This document shows, piece after piece, positions 28,876 to 39,300 of a DNA stretch of 41,411 bases. The position numbers and the translations under genes are program-made. Every line of letters begins with the position of its first letter. The stretch's first letter is position 1. Source of the DNA: Candidatus Zixiibacteriota bacterium (GTDB taxonomy: Bacteria; Zixibacteria; MSB-5A5; UBA10806). Below the pieces are notes generated by a model that worked only from the letters and a program-made list of their open reading frames with translations, was not told where the DNA came from and searched no databases. Location of the stretch: assembly GCA_020348065.1 (NCBI GenBank), contig CP070742.1:2229907-2271317 (forward strand), read 5' to 3'.

Positions 28876-29109
28876 GATGCCTCCCTTTTATTTTAAAATT
28901 CCTATTTTCGTTTCAAAAAAATAAAACGGGATAAGTATCCCAATTAAGATAACTTATATTTTGTATCGGATAAAATATGGGCAAAATACCGGTAAAATCG
29001 TTTCAGGCGGAAACAGCATTCCAAAATTGGACAGCCGAGATTACCACGGTAAAACCGTAAGTTGCTGTTAATTAATATGTTAATTTTAAATGCCGGTATT
29101 GTAAACGAT

Positions 29110-31800
29110 TTACCGCAATAAAACCATCCTGATAACCTCCGAAATATCAGAGGCTTTTATACGGCAGAAGTAAATTCCCGAGGGGCAATTTTGGGCATTC
29201 CAGGATATCCGGTAAAACCCGGGCTCCTGCACGCCGTCTTTTAAAACCTCGATCTCCTGTCCGAGTAGATTGTAAACGGCTATTCTGACATTGGATTTTT
29301 TCACAATCTCATAGTCGATTGTGGCGCTGGGATTGAATGGATTCGGATAGCTTTGAAAATATCCGATACTTTGAGGTAAATCGGTTTGATGTTCTTCGAC
29401 TACCCCGACATATTCCTCACCGAGATCCCCAAGGGCCTGCCCCGCGGCCGTGGTGGCCTGTTGTTGATTCATAAAATATAATGGAACATCAAACACTATA
29501 ATCTTGATTTCGTTGCCGAGGTGCCTGAAGCCCACCGGTTCGCCATGCAATCTGAAACTCCCACCGAAGGAAGAATTGTATGTGTACAGCCTTTCGGTGA
29601 CCGGTTCATCGACGAGGGGACTTAAGAAAGCATCCATTTTAAACATTCTATGATCGAATATCGGCACCTTTACGCTATCGATGGTCAGATCGGGATAGGC
29701 AGAAGGCATCAGAGACGTCGCGCTGATGAAATCCTGATTTGCGGGTTGAGATACGCCGAGAGAATCGGTTTTAAGATACTCCCTGAAAAAGCTCCCCTGA
29801 GGAAAGGTCGAGAATTCGGTGACCACGCCTCCAAAGCTTCCCGCCAGATTCCAGCCGCTTAAAAGGAGATTGCCGCCGTTGTCGAGGTATTTTTTCAATG
29901 CCGTGGTATCTTGAACGTGAGGGGCATTTACCCTGTCGCTATGATAAAATACAGCTGAAAATGGCGCGAAATGAGCATCTTGAATGAAAACATCAACAAG
30001 GGTACTGTCGGCGACGTCCCAATTGCCGCCGATATTAAATCCATCGACTATGGCAGCATAATAGTCATCAACCTCTTCATCCGTTGGTTGAAGCGGCCCG
30101 CCGGAACCATCTAACGTACCGTCAATTAGCAAAACACCAAGGTCGTGAGTAGCGAGTTGGCCATAACGGCTATCCGAAAATCGGCTTTCCTGTTCAAGGC
30201 TGTCAACGGCGGTTATATTGTAGGTGTAAAGATTATGCGGCTGAACCGTATTATCAAAGTAAGAGGAGGCGGGATGATGGACAATCTGGATTAGATGCGG
30301 ATTGGTCTGGCCGGGGGGAATACGAAAAACGTTGTAACAATCTATATCGAGTTCGGTATTTGGAATCCACGTAAGCTGTATCCCGGTTTGCCGAGATTCG
30401 GTTTCAAACCCGGCCGGAACCGCGGGGATACTGGAGGGTGTAAATGAGATCTCCTCTGAGAATACCGATTCATTATCGTCCGTATCATATGCGGAAATGC
30501 TCAGGTAGACGAGCTGGCCTTCGGTCAGGCTATCCAGGACAAATTGACTGACATCACCGGCATCAATGACGTCGGAGTAAAAAAGCTCGCCCTGCGGCCG
30601 CACCGCGATTCTATAGCCGGCGAAATCGGGTTCGGTCTGGATATAGGGCCAGGTAAGGATGACGCTGGTGCCATTACCGGCATTCACGGCCTGAAGGTAG
30701 CCCGGCGGCGCGGGTGCGAGGGCAAGGCTGGCGATTCCGGCAATATTAATCCTTGCGATATTGGCCATATAACCGGCATTAGTATTATAATAAGACAAGG
30801 TATCATGGGCGTTATGTTGCCTGCCGTTATTGCCGCTGCCATCGCCGTTCTCATGCGCCTCGGTAAATCGGACTCCGGCGTAACCGCGATTGTAGAAAGG
30901 AACGTGATCGCCGGAGCGCCCCGGTCGATCCAATGCCGGAATCAGGTTTACCGTGAAGCCCTGGAGGTATTCCATCGCCTTCAATTTCATATACCTGGAT
31001 AATTGACGGGAGATACCGGTTTCCGGCGTTCCCGAAAAATGCCTCGCGGACAGGCTATCAACGATAACCGGCTCTCCTGGCGGGCAAGCCGGGTTTTCGC
31101 AACCCTCGATATTTCCCACCACGTCGTTGGTGATAACCGCGCCGATGTCCAGCGATTGTGATTGAGCCCATTGCGCGTAGGCGGTGCTGCCGTAAAGCCC
31201 CTGATCTTCTCCCGTAACAACCATTACTATTACCGTGGACTCGAACGGATAGCGGCTCATGATCCGCGCTATCTCCATGGCGATAGCAGTACCGCTGCCG
31301 TCATCGTTGGCCGAGGGGGCGAACGAGCTGGCGTCGCAGACGTCATTGGTGCGACTGTCTATATGCCCCATGGTTAAAAAGTAGCGGTTCGGAGTAGCCG
31401 TCCCGGGCAGGGTAGCGAGCATATTGCGATGTTCCCCGTATATTCCACATACGGTGGCGTTAAAGGTAAAGTAGCCTGGCTGGAGTTCATACGTGGCCGA
31501 ATCGACGGCATAGGCTTCAAATTGATCATATACCCAGCGTCTGGCCGCCCCGAGGCCGGTACTCGAAGAAAGCGTATCGGAGTTGGTATGACGGGTATAG
31601 AAACCGACCAAAGTATCGACGCCGGCGAGAATTCTTTCAGCAGATACAGAATCGATCATCTCCTCAATAGCCTCGTTGGTCAGGATTCTACTGGAGAAAT
31701 TCCAGGAATCGGCGGTGTCGTATTCCTGGGTTTTTCCCATAACGGAGAATAACGTCAGGAGCAAGGATGTTGTAAAAATGATGCCGGATAGGCTTTTCAT
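29110..31800 (-). CDS. secreted M28-family zinc aminopeptidase with two fibronectin-III-like domains and a T9SS-type C-terminal sorting domain
   Basis: Signal peptide. M28 motifs MGHIDSR, NDDGSGTAIAMEIARI and VTGEDQGLYGS. FN3-like segments (LTWPY...AYDTDDNESVFSEEISF and LTWIPN...ITAVDSLEQESRFS). C-terminal YPNPFNPSATIDYEI...IAVYNLLGQEI...GIYFCRI...MVLLR. Confidence 0.85.
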   Translation of the reverse strand: MKSLSGIIFTTSLLLTLFSVMGKTQEYDTADSWNFSSRILTNEAIEEMIDSVSAERILAGVDTLVGFYTRHTNSDTLSSSTGLGAARRWVYDQFEAYAVDSATYELQPGYFTFNATVCGIYGEHRNMLATLPGTATPNRYFLTMGHIDSRTNDVCDASSFAPSANDDGSGTAIAMEIARIMSRYPFESTVIVMVVTGEDQGLYGSTAYAQWAQSQSLDIGAVITNDVVGNIEGCENPACPPGEPVIVDSLSARHFSGTPETGISRQLSRYMKLKAMEYLQGFTVNLIPALDRPGRSGDHVPFYNRGYAGVRFTEAHENGDGSGNNGRQHNAHDTLSYYNTNAGYMANIARINIAGIASLALAPAPPGYLQAVNAGNGTSVILTWPYIQTEPDFAGYRIAVRPQGELFYSDVIDAGDVSQFVLDSLTEGQLVYLSISAYDTDDNESVFSEEISFTPSSIPAVPAGFETESRQTGIQLTWIPNTELDIDCYNVFRIPPGQTNPHLIQIVHHPASSYFDNTVQPHNLYTYNITAVDSLEQESRFSDSRYGQLATHDLGVLLIDGTLDGSGGPLQPTDEEVDDYYAAIVDGFNIGGNWDVADSTLVDVFIQDAHFAPFSAVFYHSDRVNAPHVQDTTALKKYLDNGGNLLLSGWNLAGSFGGVVTEFSTFPQGSFFREYLKTDSLGVSQPANQDFISATSLMPSAYPDLTIDSVKVPIFDHRMFKMDAFLSPLVDEPVTERLYTYNSSFGGSFRLHGEPVGFRHLGNEIKIIVFDVPLYFMNQQQATTAAGQALGDLGEEYVGVVEEHQTDLPQSIGYFQSYPNPFNPSATIDYEIVKKSNVRIAVYNLLGQEIEVLKDGVQEPGFYRISWNAQNCPSGIYFCRIKASDISEVIRMVLLR

Positions 31801-32005
31801 TGTGCTATCTCCTATCCATGAGCGGATCGGAAACAGAATTTAAAACGAATACATTAATAAAATAACGATAACTCCTCAAAAGTCAATCTAAATGGCGGTT
31901 TCCTGAAGCGGTTGGAATTACACAAATTATATAAAAATGGATTGATTAATGAATCAGATTTGTTAATACTTTAGAAATAGATACCCTGATTAAAGGGGAG
32001 GGAAT

Positions 32006-32830
32006 ATGAAATTAAGCTTATTAACGTGCTTTTTGGCAGGCATATTAGTTCTCGCCAATTGCTCCGGCGACCGGGCTGTGGTTGATCGAATAATATCGGA
32101 AAATGACCTTGTAAATTCAGCAGAATTATCCGGAGTACCGGGTACAGAAGATCCACTCGATAACGGCCAAAATGCATTTACGCCTCCATATCAAATAATG
32201 ATAACATACAATATTCTCGGGGATACTTGCGGCATCTATTGCGAGATATTGGTATGCGCGACACCATTAGATTTTTACGCCAGGCACTATACAAATCCGG
32301 GGATGGAGGTTAATTTTGAGGTGAATCCAGAAAGTCTGGCTGCAATCAATAATACCGCCTATACAAACCAGTGGGGGGCGGCGTTGGCCAAACTGGTATA
32401 TCCTTCATTCCATACTTTTGAGGAAATACAACTGATAGTTTCGTGCGGCCCTGCTGCCGACACTGTTTTAATCCTCCTTCCTATTTGTCAGGGCGAATTA
32501 GAAATGAGCGCTGATCCCGTTAGGCTCTGGGTTGAACAGCCCGGGGCATATGACACTACCACAATAGCCTGTCGATTAGTAGGTATTTTGGGTAATCCTT
32601 TCGGAGGCGGATTGATTGTTTTCGTACCATTAGTAGCTGGGGAAATCTGTGGCCCCACATCTGCTTACACAGATGATCAAGGGTGGGCCTACACGCAATA
32701 TAGAATTCGCTACGAGGATATCCCGAATGGCAATAACGACCCGAATTCTATTTATACGTGGGTTAGAGCCTCGTTATTTGGAGATCCCGATATGGAAGAG
32801 GAAATCAGCCTTTATTGCGCCAGACCTTAA
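32006..32830 (+). CDS. putative lipoprotein, function unknown
   Basis: Lipobox LVLANC SGD. AGGGGAGGG Shine-Dalgarno upstream. 274 aa, Cys-containing, no recognised domain. Confidence 0.5.
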   Translation: MKLSLLTCFLAGILVLANCSGDRAVVDRIISENDLVNSAELSGVPGTEDPLDNGQNAFTPPYQIMITYNILGDTCGIYCEILVCATPLDFYARHYTNPGMEVNFEVNPESLAAINNTAYTNQWGAALAKLVYPSFHTFEEIQLIVSCGPAADTVLILLPICQGELEMSADPVRLWVEQPGAYDTTTIACRLVGILGNPFGGGLIVFVPLVAGEICGPTSAYTDDQGWAYTQYRIRYEDIPNGNNDPNSIYTWVRASLFGDPDMEEEISLYCARP

Positions 32831-33074
32831 CCGGCAATCTTCCGAATATGAGCAAAAACGAAAAAGGGACTGCACCTCCGGGCTGTTGATTAAGTACCTC
32901 GACTGGAAAGTCGAGGGCTATTATTTTGTAGTTATAATTTCATATTCTCTTAATGGCCGCGGCTTTCCAGCCGCGATATTCGATGGGTATATGACCAAAA
33001 GTGGAAGGCAATAGCTTTTTCAACACTCCCACCTCGCAGTCGCTTTGAAGAAAAAACCTGAAGTCTATATTTTT

Positions 33075-33662
33075 TTATCTATTCAAGACTCTTTTTTCTT
33101 TGCTCAACACTTTCGGTTTCACATTCGAGACCGCGGGGGATTTGATAATTTCACCCGGCGCGGATGTCACTATCAAGCCGCCGGGCGGGCAATCTCCACA
33201 GGGCATCGGTCCTGCGCCGCCTTTGAAATAGCTTACACCGTAGGTGATATCAAGACCGTTGTACGAGCAGCTGGCGTTAACATCACCGCAGTAGAAAAAC
33301 GCGTCGCAGGGAGGAATAGGACAGGAACCGTACGGACAAATCGGATCACTGCCGCCCTTGAAGTAACTGACGCCGTAGGTGATATCCAGACCGTTATAGT
33401 TGTCGCTGCCGTTGACATCGCCGACTATGTAATCACAACCTCCCACGGCGCCCGCGCCGACCCAATAGCCGGATTCGACGATATAGCCGGGCGATGAGGA
33501 GGTTCCCGTAATCGGTTGGCCAGCGGTGCCGTTAACTCTGTAGTTTGTCGATGACATCTCTCCCCCACCCGACGCTATGACGTACCAATCGATTTGGTAG
33601 TTCTGGGCTATGGCAACCGATGTCATCAAAAGTATTAAGAGTAAGGCATTGATGATCTTCAT
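33075..33662 (-). CDS. small secreted protein with two dockerin-like Ca-binding repeats and Cys-rich spacers
   Basis: Signal peptide (start taken at MKIINALLL). Duplicated GDVNGSDNYNGLDITYGVSYFKGG and GDVNASCSYNGLDITYGVSYFKGG, each followed by CP..PPCD or CGDCPPGG. AGAGAGGAGAA Shine-Dalgarno. Confidence 0.5.
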   Translation of the reverse strand: MKIINALLLILLMTSVAIAQNYQIDWYVIASGGGEMSSTNYRVNGTAGQPITGTSSSPGYIVESGYWVGAGAVGGCDYIVGDVNGSDNYNGLDITYGVSYFKGGSDPICPYGSCPIPPCDAFFYCGDVNASCSYNGLDITYGVSYFKGGAGPMPCGDCPPGGLIVTSAPGEIIKSPAVSNVKPKVLSKEKRVLNR

Positions 33663-33772
33663 TTGTTCTCCTCTCTCTTTTTTAAAGATATTTATTTCCA
33701 TTTACTTTGCAAACATTTTTTTCAGGTTTTTGGCTTAACGATCGGTTCTCTATCGGACAATTGCCGGATCGT

Positions 33773-33796
33773 AACCCGACTTATAAGTCAGGAGCG
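33773..33796. repeat. intergenic hairpin (AACCCGACTT-ataa-GTCAGG), copy B of a motif shared with 36233-36277
   Basis: CCCGACTT and AAGTCAGG form an imperfect inverted repeat. It is followed 17 nt later by GGCGACAGCAC, the same 9-mer core found at 36294-36302. Confidence 0.4.
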
Positions 33797-33886
33797 GTCA
33801 GGCGACAGCACAACCTCTCTTTATAAATGAAATAATGAGACCGCTTCGTCGTCCCGCAAAAGGCGGGATTCCTCGCGATGACGGGT

Positions 33887-36148
33887 TCATCTGGTTCTCT
33901 CCAGTTCGGCGATCCTCCTTTCGAGTTCCGCGTTTTTGTCTTTCAGTTCGTTTATAATATTTATCATCTCTTTAATTCCGGCCAAAGCGATGCCGGACTG
34001 GTCCTGCGCGGATATATGCTCGTTATCCGTGCCAAGCCCAAACTGATTGTGAAAATCGGCAGCCATGGGGCCGATATGTTCAACGCTCTCATCCTCCGAT
34101 TTGTAGCTATAGCGGTTAATGGGAAGCCGTTCGATTTTATTTAATATCTCCTTACTATCCACCGGTTTGAGATTGCGTACGCCGTCGAGAGTCGTTATGG
34201 AAGACCAGGAGGATGCGCCGGGGGTCAGTTGAACGCCGGAAGTAAGATTGGCGTTGGTATAAAATTTTACCGCTCCGGTGGCCCTGACCAGAAACTGGTT
34301 GTTGCCCGATGACTGTACGGGTATGACCGCCGGTCCGACCGGGTAATCGGCCCATATGAAGTTATTGTTGTAATCGCACTGAGAACCGTATCCGCTCACA
34401 ATATTATACCAGCCGTTAACCGTATTGCCTGTACCGGCGACCAGATTAAGTTCTCCGTTATTCGCATTAGGGCCTAAAGTGATACCTTTATCGACCTGGA
34501 TATAGCCATGCGTATCTAACGATATGGTCGTATCTCCAGAAGAGGGGTCGATCAGATATACAAATCCGCCGGGAATGAAGGGGCTGGGCTCAAAGCCCAT
34601 GTATTTTCCTATATCGTCATACAGACCGACGCCACCCCCATCCGCACTAGTATAAACTTCAAATTTCACAGCATCCGATACGGGACTATACATTCTGAAT
34701 ATACCGCCGGGAGTAAAGGGCATGGGCTCAAGGCCTAAGTATCTGCCGATATCATCGTGTAAATTAATGGCTCCGCCTGTGGAATCGGCAGTAACCTCAA
34801 AAAGGGGATCGGTGATCTGATCACCGGAGCCGCCTGATTGCGGGGCGGCCATGGCGATGCTGGCGCCGTATTGGTCGGTGTTCATCTCCAGAAGCGGCTC
34901 GGCGGGCGGTTCCGGTTGCGGGTTGAACATTTTGATGCTCGCGCCGGATGAAGGCGAACCGCTAATAGCCAGAAGCTCCTGTTCAACATCCGAGGCGTAA
35001 TTAAATATATTCAACTCGCCACCTATATCACTACCGACCCTGAGATCCATGGCTTTGATTTCATTATGAGGAACCAGGCCCTCGCGGAACATGGTCATAT
35101 TAGCGCCGTCTGTAAACTGGGCCTGTATCTCTACTCTGCCCGAAAATGTCGGTTGAGCCGCATGTATTTTAATTCTACTGCTCGCAGTAGGATCAGTTGT
35201 CATTTCAAGCAAGGGGCCAACTTCGAGGCCGGAGAGATTATTCATTATAATGCTAGCATCCCCGCCGATCCCGCCATTCATTTCAATTAAGGAGTTTTCG
35301 TCGTCGCTGGGATCGATCAGTTTCATGGAGTTTCCTGCCGCCCCAATGAATACATCAAAGCCTACCTCATCATCGCTGGGATCGATTAATTTAAGGGAAG
35401 TTTCAAAACCGTCTGACTGCAAAACGCCTACAGGAACCTCATCGTCGCTGGGATCCATAAGTTTCAGGGAGTTACCTTCCCCTCCGATGAATACGTCAAA
35501 GCCCACCTTTTCATCGGTGGGATCCATCATTTTGAATGATGATTGAGCCGCGTCGGCGGACATCTCAATTGAGGGCATTTCAGGAGGATGCACCAATCTG
35601 AAATTAATAGAATTGGCTATCCCATCGGCCAGAATATTAATCCCAGGTCCCTCCGGGGGATGAGCCATTTTAACGCTGATTAAATCGGCAACAGCATCCG
35701 ATAGAATGCTGAAAGATGAATCGCCGTCAGCGTTTGTTAATACCATATACCCTTCATTGGTGATGATATCCCCCTGCATTCTTTGCGCGATTGCGCTGAA
35801 AGGAGCGGTTGCCATAGGAGCACGTGGCGACATGATCTCGTCGCCCACCATTATCTCCATGAAAAGCGGCCCATCCAGATTATCGAGATCCATCTCGAGA
35901 AAAACGTCGAAAAAGCCGTTATCGGTGAAGACATCGAAAAACGACTCCGTCCATACCGGAACGCCCCCGGTGGAATCGGAGTAGAACCGGAATTCCATAT
36001 CATAACTGCTGTCGGGCACCGGGTTGCCGGTGCTGTTGGCCAGGCGGGCCTGGTAGCTCATGTTCAGCGGTATTTGCGCTGAAGCTGTTAACGTCACGGT
36101 TGCGAAAATCAAAGCTGTCAGAATCACGGTTGTGGCTTTGCTTCGCAT
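33887..36148 (-). CDS. secreted phage-tail-fibre-like protein with a C-terminal Peptidase_S74-type intramolecular chaperone domain (paralogue A)
   Basis: Signal peptide. N-terminal domain MSYQARLANSTGNPVPDSSYDMEFRFY shared with the next gene. Internal ~25-aa repeats (DPSDDEVGFDVFIGAAGNSMKLI...) and duplicated ~40-aa units (YSPVSDAVKFEVYTSADGGGVGLYDDIGKYMGFEPSPFIPGG). C-terminal ...HIGPMAADF...IALAGIKEMINIINELKDKNAELERRIAELE is typical of the tail-spike/endosialidase chaperone domain. GGGAGGAAG Shine-Dalgarno. Confidence 0.7.
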   Translation of the reverse strand: MRSKATTVILTALIFATVTLTASAQIPLNMSYQARLANSTGNPVPDSSYDMEFRFYSDSTGGVPVWTESFFDVFTDNGFFDVFLEMDLDNLDGPLFMEIMVGDEIMSPRAPMATAPFSAIAQRMQGDIITNEGYMVLTNADGDSSFSILSDAVADLISVKMAHPPEGPGINILADGIANSINFRLVHPPEMPSIEMSADAAQSSFKMMDPTDEKVGFDVFIGGEGNSLKLMDPSDDEVPVGVLQSDGFETSLKLIDPSDDEVGFDVFIGAAGNSMKLIDPSDDENSLIEMNGGIGGDASIIMNNLSGLEVGPLLEMTTDPTASSRIKIHAAQPTFSGRVEIQAQFTDGANMTMFREGLVPHNEIKAMDLRVGSDIGGELNIFNYASDVEQELLAISGSPSSGASIKMFNPQPEPPAEPLLEMNTDQYGASIAMAAPQSGGSGDQITDPLFEVTADSTGGAINLHDDIGRYLGLEPMPFTPGGIFRMYSPVSDAVKFEVYTSADGGGVGLYDDIGKYMGFEPSPFIPGGFVYLIDPSSGDTTISLDTHGYIQVDKGITLGPNANNGELNLVAGTGNTVNGWYNIVSGYGSQCDYNNNFIWADYPVGPAVIPVQSSGNNQFLVRATGAVKFYTNANLTSGVQLTPGASSWSSITTLDGVRNLKPVDSKEILNKIERLPINRYSYKSEDESVEHIGPMAADFHNQFGLGTDNEHISAQDQSGIALAGIKEMINIINELKDKNAELERRIAELERTR

Positions 36149-36232
36149 AGCTTCCTCCCATTAATTAAGTTTGGTGTTTGGTAGTTTTATTTTGTTCTTT
36201 ATTTTCCTTTCCGTTTTATTTACGGCCCGGTG

Positions 36233-36277
36233 TCGGGTTTCTCTCCCCGACTAAAAGTCGGGGATTCGGAACCCGAC
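36233..36277. repeat. nested inverted repeat / extended hairpin in the intergenic region, copy A
   Basis: Outer arms GTCGGGTT and AACCCGAC flank an inner perfect hairpin CCCCGACT-aaa-AGTCGGGG. A GCCGACAGCAC motif follows 14 nt later. Confidence 0.45.
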
Positions 36278-36310
36278 CTACATTGAAATTTGCCGACAGC
36301 ACGAATTGTT

Positions 36311-39300
36311 TTATCTGTTTTCCAGTTCGGCGATTCTGTTTTCGAGTTCCGCGTTTTTTATCTTCAATTCTTCAATAATGTCAATCAATTCCTTCACTCC
36401 CGCCAAAGCTACGCCCGCCACATCGCCGGCGGCGAGGTAATGATCTTCGCGTTGGCCGTCGGATTCGCGGATGTCGCCGACATCGAAAGCGTCGACGAAT
36501 TCCTCCGCATAGGGACCTATATGGCGTTCGTCGGAATCGATGAAATTCCAGGATTCCACGTTCAGGTTGGAGATTTTATTTAGCAGATCAGTACCATCCA
36601 GGCGCAGACCATTTTCTTTGAATGACCTGCTGGAGCCGTTGGTCCAGACACCGCCCGTGGTGACACGGGCGCCGTTGCCGTTGCTTGTGCCTGTACCAAT
36701 ATGTATTGGATATAAGATTCCTCCGTCGTTATCGTCGCGATTGATACCGAGAAAACCCGAGTTGTCTCCTTCGAAAAAAGCGGCTCTATAACTCGTATCG
36801 ATATAAACTCCTTTTCCGAACGCCATTGAGTAGTCTGCCTTGGTTGTTAGGTTACACTGATATCCGCCCGGGACGGCGGAATTGTCTCCATCGATAGTGT
36901 TATCCCAACCGCCGCCGATAGCGCTGCTAACGCCAGCCACAGAATTTTCGCCTCCGCCTCCAATGGCACTGTAAACGCCGGTGACTATATTATAATATCC
37001 GCCCGAAATGGTGCTTCCTGTCTGGTTTGCAAAATTAATAAAACCTCCGCCTACTGTGCTGTAGTTGCCGCTGGAGGTGTTAGTCATCCCCCCGCCGACG
37101 GTTGCATGAGCGTAGCTTGCGGTATTGTTATCTCCGCCTCCGACCGTGGTGGAAATACCGGTTGCGTCATTGGAAGTTCCTCCGCCTACCGTTGCGTAAT
37201 CACCGCTGGCCGTGTTTTCCCGGCCACCGCATACAGAAGAAAATTGTGCTGTTGCCGAATTTTCATAGCCCCCGCCGACATAGGCCGCGGTGTCTTCATG
37301 GGCATCGCCGGCAATATTGTGGTACCCGGCAGATACTCCGCCCCAAAAAGCCTCAACGGTATCGGCCCCGCCTCCGCCGATAGTACCGCCATAATTGGTC
37401 ACCGTGTTGGTAGTTCCACCTCCGATAGTGCTGCTTTGACCTGTCGCAGAATTAGCGATACCGCCTCCTATTGTACTATACGAGTAACTGACGGTATTAT
37501 TTCTTCCTCCGGATATTGTGGTCCATGACGATTGTGCGTTGTTGTTTTGACCGCCTCCAATATTACTGGCGGTTCCGATAGCATTATTATCATATCCGCC
37601 GCCAATTGTGCTATACGTACCACTGGCATCGTTATATCGACCTCCACCGACAGCGGCGTGATCATTGCTGGCTGTGTTATCTTCTCCCCCTGAAATAACG
37701 GAACGGTCACCGTGAATGTTATTATTGCGGCCTGCTATAAATGATTGTTGTCCACTGTTAAAATTGCCCGGACCTATTGTTGCCTTGCCAGTTGTGACTA
37801 AATTTTCATCATCAAAGCTAATATTGCCATATGTACTGGTAATCCGGTTGTTTGAGCCATCAATAACTATTGCGTTCCCGCTCTCAATAGTACCGGTAGA
37901 TTTAATATTGCCATAAACATGCAATCTCTCGGATGGTATAGGCGTACCGATTCCTACGTTGCCTGAAACGCCGGAGTATTGGTCGTTACCCGAAATCACC
38001 CAGTCGGAATCGCTGCCACCGGAGGGGAGTTGCCAGGTGCCCGTACCTGAGCCATCAGAGGTCAGTACATATCCGTTCGAAGCTCCAGTGGGCAATGCGA
38101 AACCGTCCATTCTCGCCGTCCCGGCCACATGCAATTTCGCCAAAGGGTTAGGTATTCCTATACCGACGTTGGCATTGCTGTTAAGAATCGTAACCGCCTC
38201 CTGGCCGGAAGCTTCGGTATCGAGCTGTAAATCGCCGCCGGCATTTGTTCTGACGAAAGCTTTTTGATCGTCGTCCTGCGAAAACCTCAAATAAGCTTCA
38301 CCCGAAAGCGGCGCGTCAATCCTGATATCGGGACTGGCGTCCTCAACTTCCAGCTTTGAAACGGGCGTACTTGTCCCGATGCCCACATTGCCCGTAACAC
38401 CGGAATACATATTCGTATCCACAATCACCCAATCGGAATCGCTCCCGCCCGGTGCAGCCTGCCAGGTGCCGGTTCCCGACCCATCGGAAGTCAACACATA
38501 GCCGTCGGAGGCGCTGGTCGGCATCTTGAAACCGTCCATTTTTGCCGAGCCTACAACGTCCAATTTCTCGGTTGGCGTAGATGTTCCGATACCAACACTA
38601 TCCTCGAAATAGCCTTTGCCGCCGAAATATCCGGCCCAGCCGGCAGCTTCATCGATCCGGATACCGTTTCCGCCGGCAGATTCAATTCTGATGCCGTCGC
38701 CATTCGCGCTGGTTACCCGCAATCCATGGTTGCCGGCATGCTCCACCCACAAAGCGCATACGTTCTGGCTGAAGAACCGCGCTGCGCGAGACGACCCGTA
38801 TTGCTCGACATTGAGGATCGGTAGAGATTCCGATCCCGTTACATGCAATTTATTTACCGGGCCGGAAGTGCCTATGCCGACTTTGTCATAGGACGTTTCC
38901 AGATGAACATTAAGACCATCGTCAACCCAACCTCCGCCGGCCGCGGCGTAATCGCTGGTATCGGAGCGGGCGGAATAACCAACCATAGTGATTTTTTGGC
39001 GTGGTGTGAGTATCTCTGAGTCAACCTCAAGCTCCAGCCAGTAATCCTCGTCGAACGGGATATTTATGTTGCTGAATATAGCTGTAAAATAGCCCGCTGA
39101 TGTGGTACAGGGCAGAATCTCCGACCATTCGGAGGTACCGCCGCTTTCGGCATCATAAATCCGGAATGTAACGCTATAGACACTGTCGATCACCGGATTG
39201 CCGCCGGAGTCTTTCAGGATGCCCTGATAGGTCATGGCGCGGGGAACCGAGGTGATAATGTTTGGTATTGATCCATTACCCGAAAGAATACTTGATTCCT

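Noticed and set aside
32649-33014. 121-aa plus-strand ORF overlapping the lipoprotein gene 3' end
   Set aside because: It starts inside another frame of the lipoprotein gene, and has no Shine-Dalgarno or motifs.
33045-33497. 150-aa plus-strand ORF
   Set aside because: It is antisense to the dockerin-like gene and its translation is Ala/Arg/Gly-rich.
36910-37750. Possible CRISPR or tandem DNA repeat
   Set aside because: The periodicity is a coding Gly-rich protein repeat (GGGxxNxAxGxxS), imperfect at nucleotide level. It has no spacer/repeat architecture and no cas genes.
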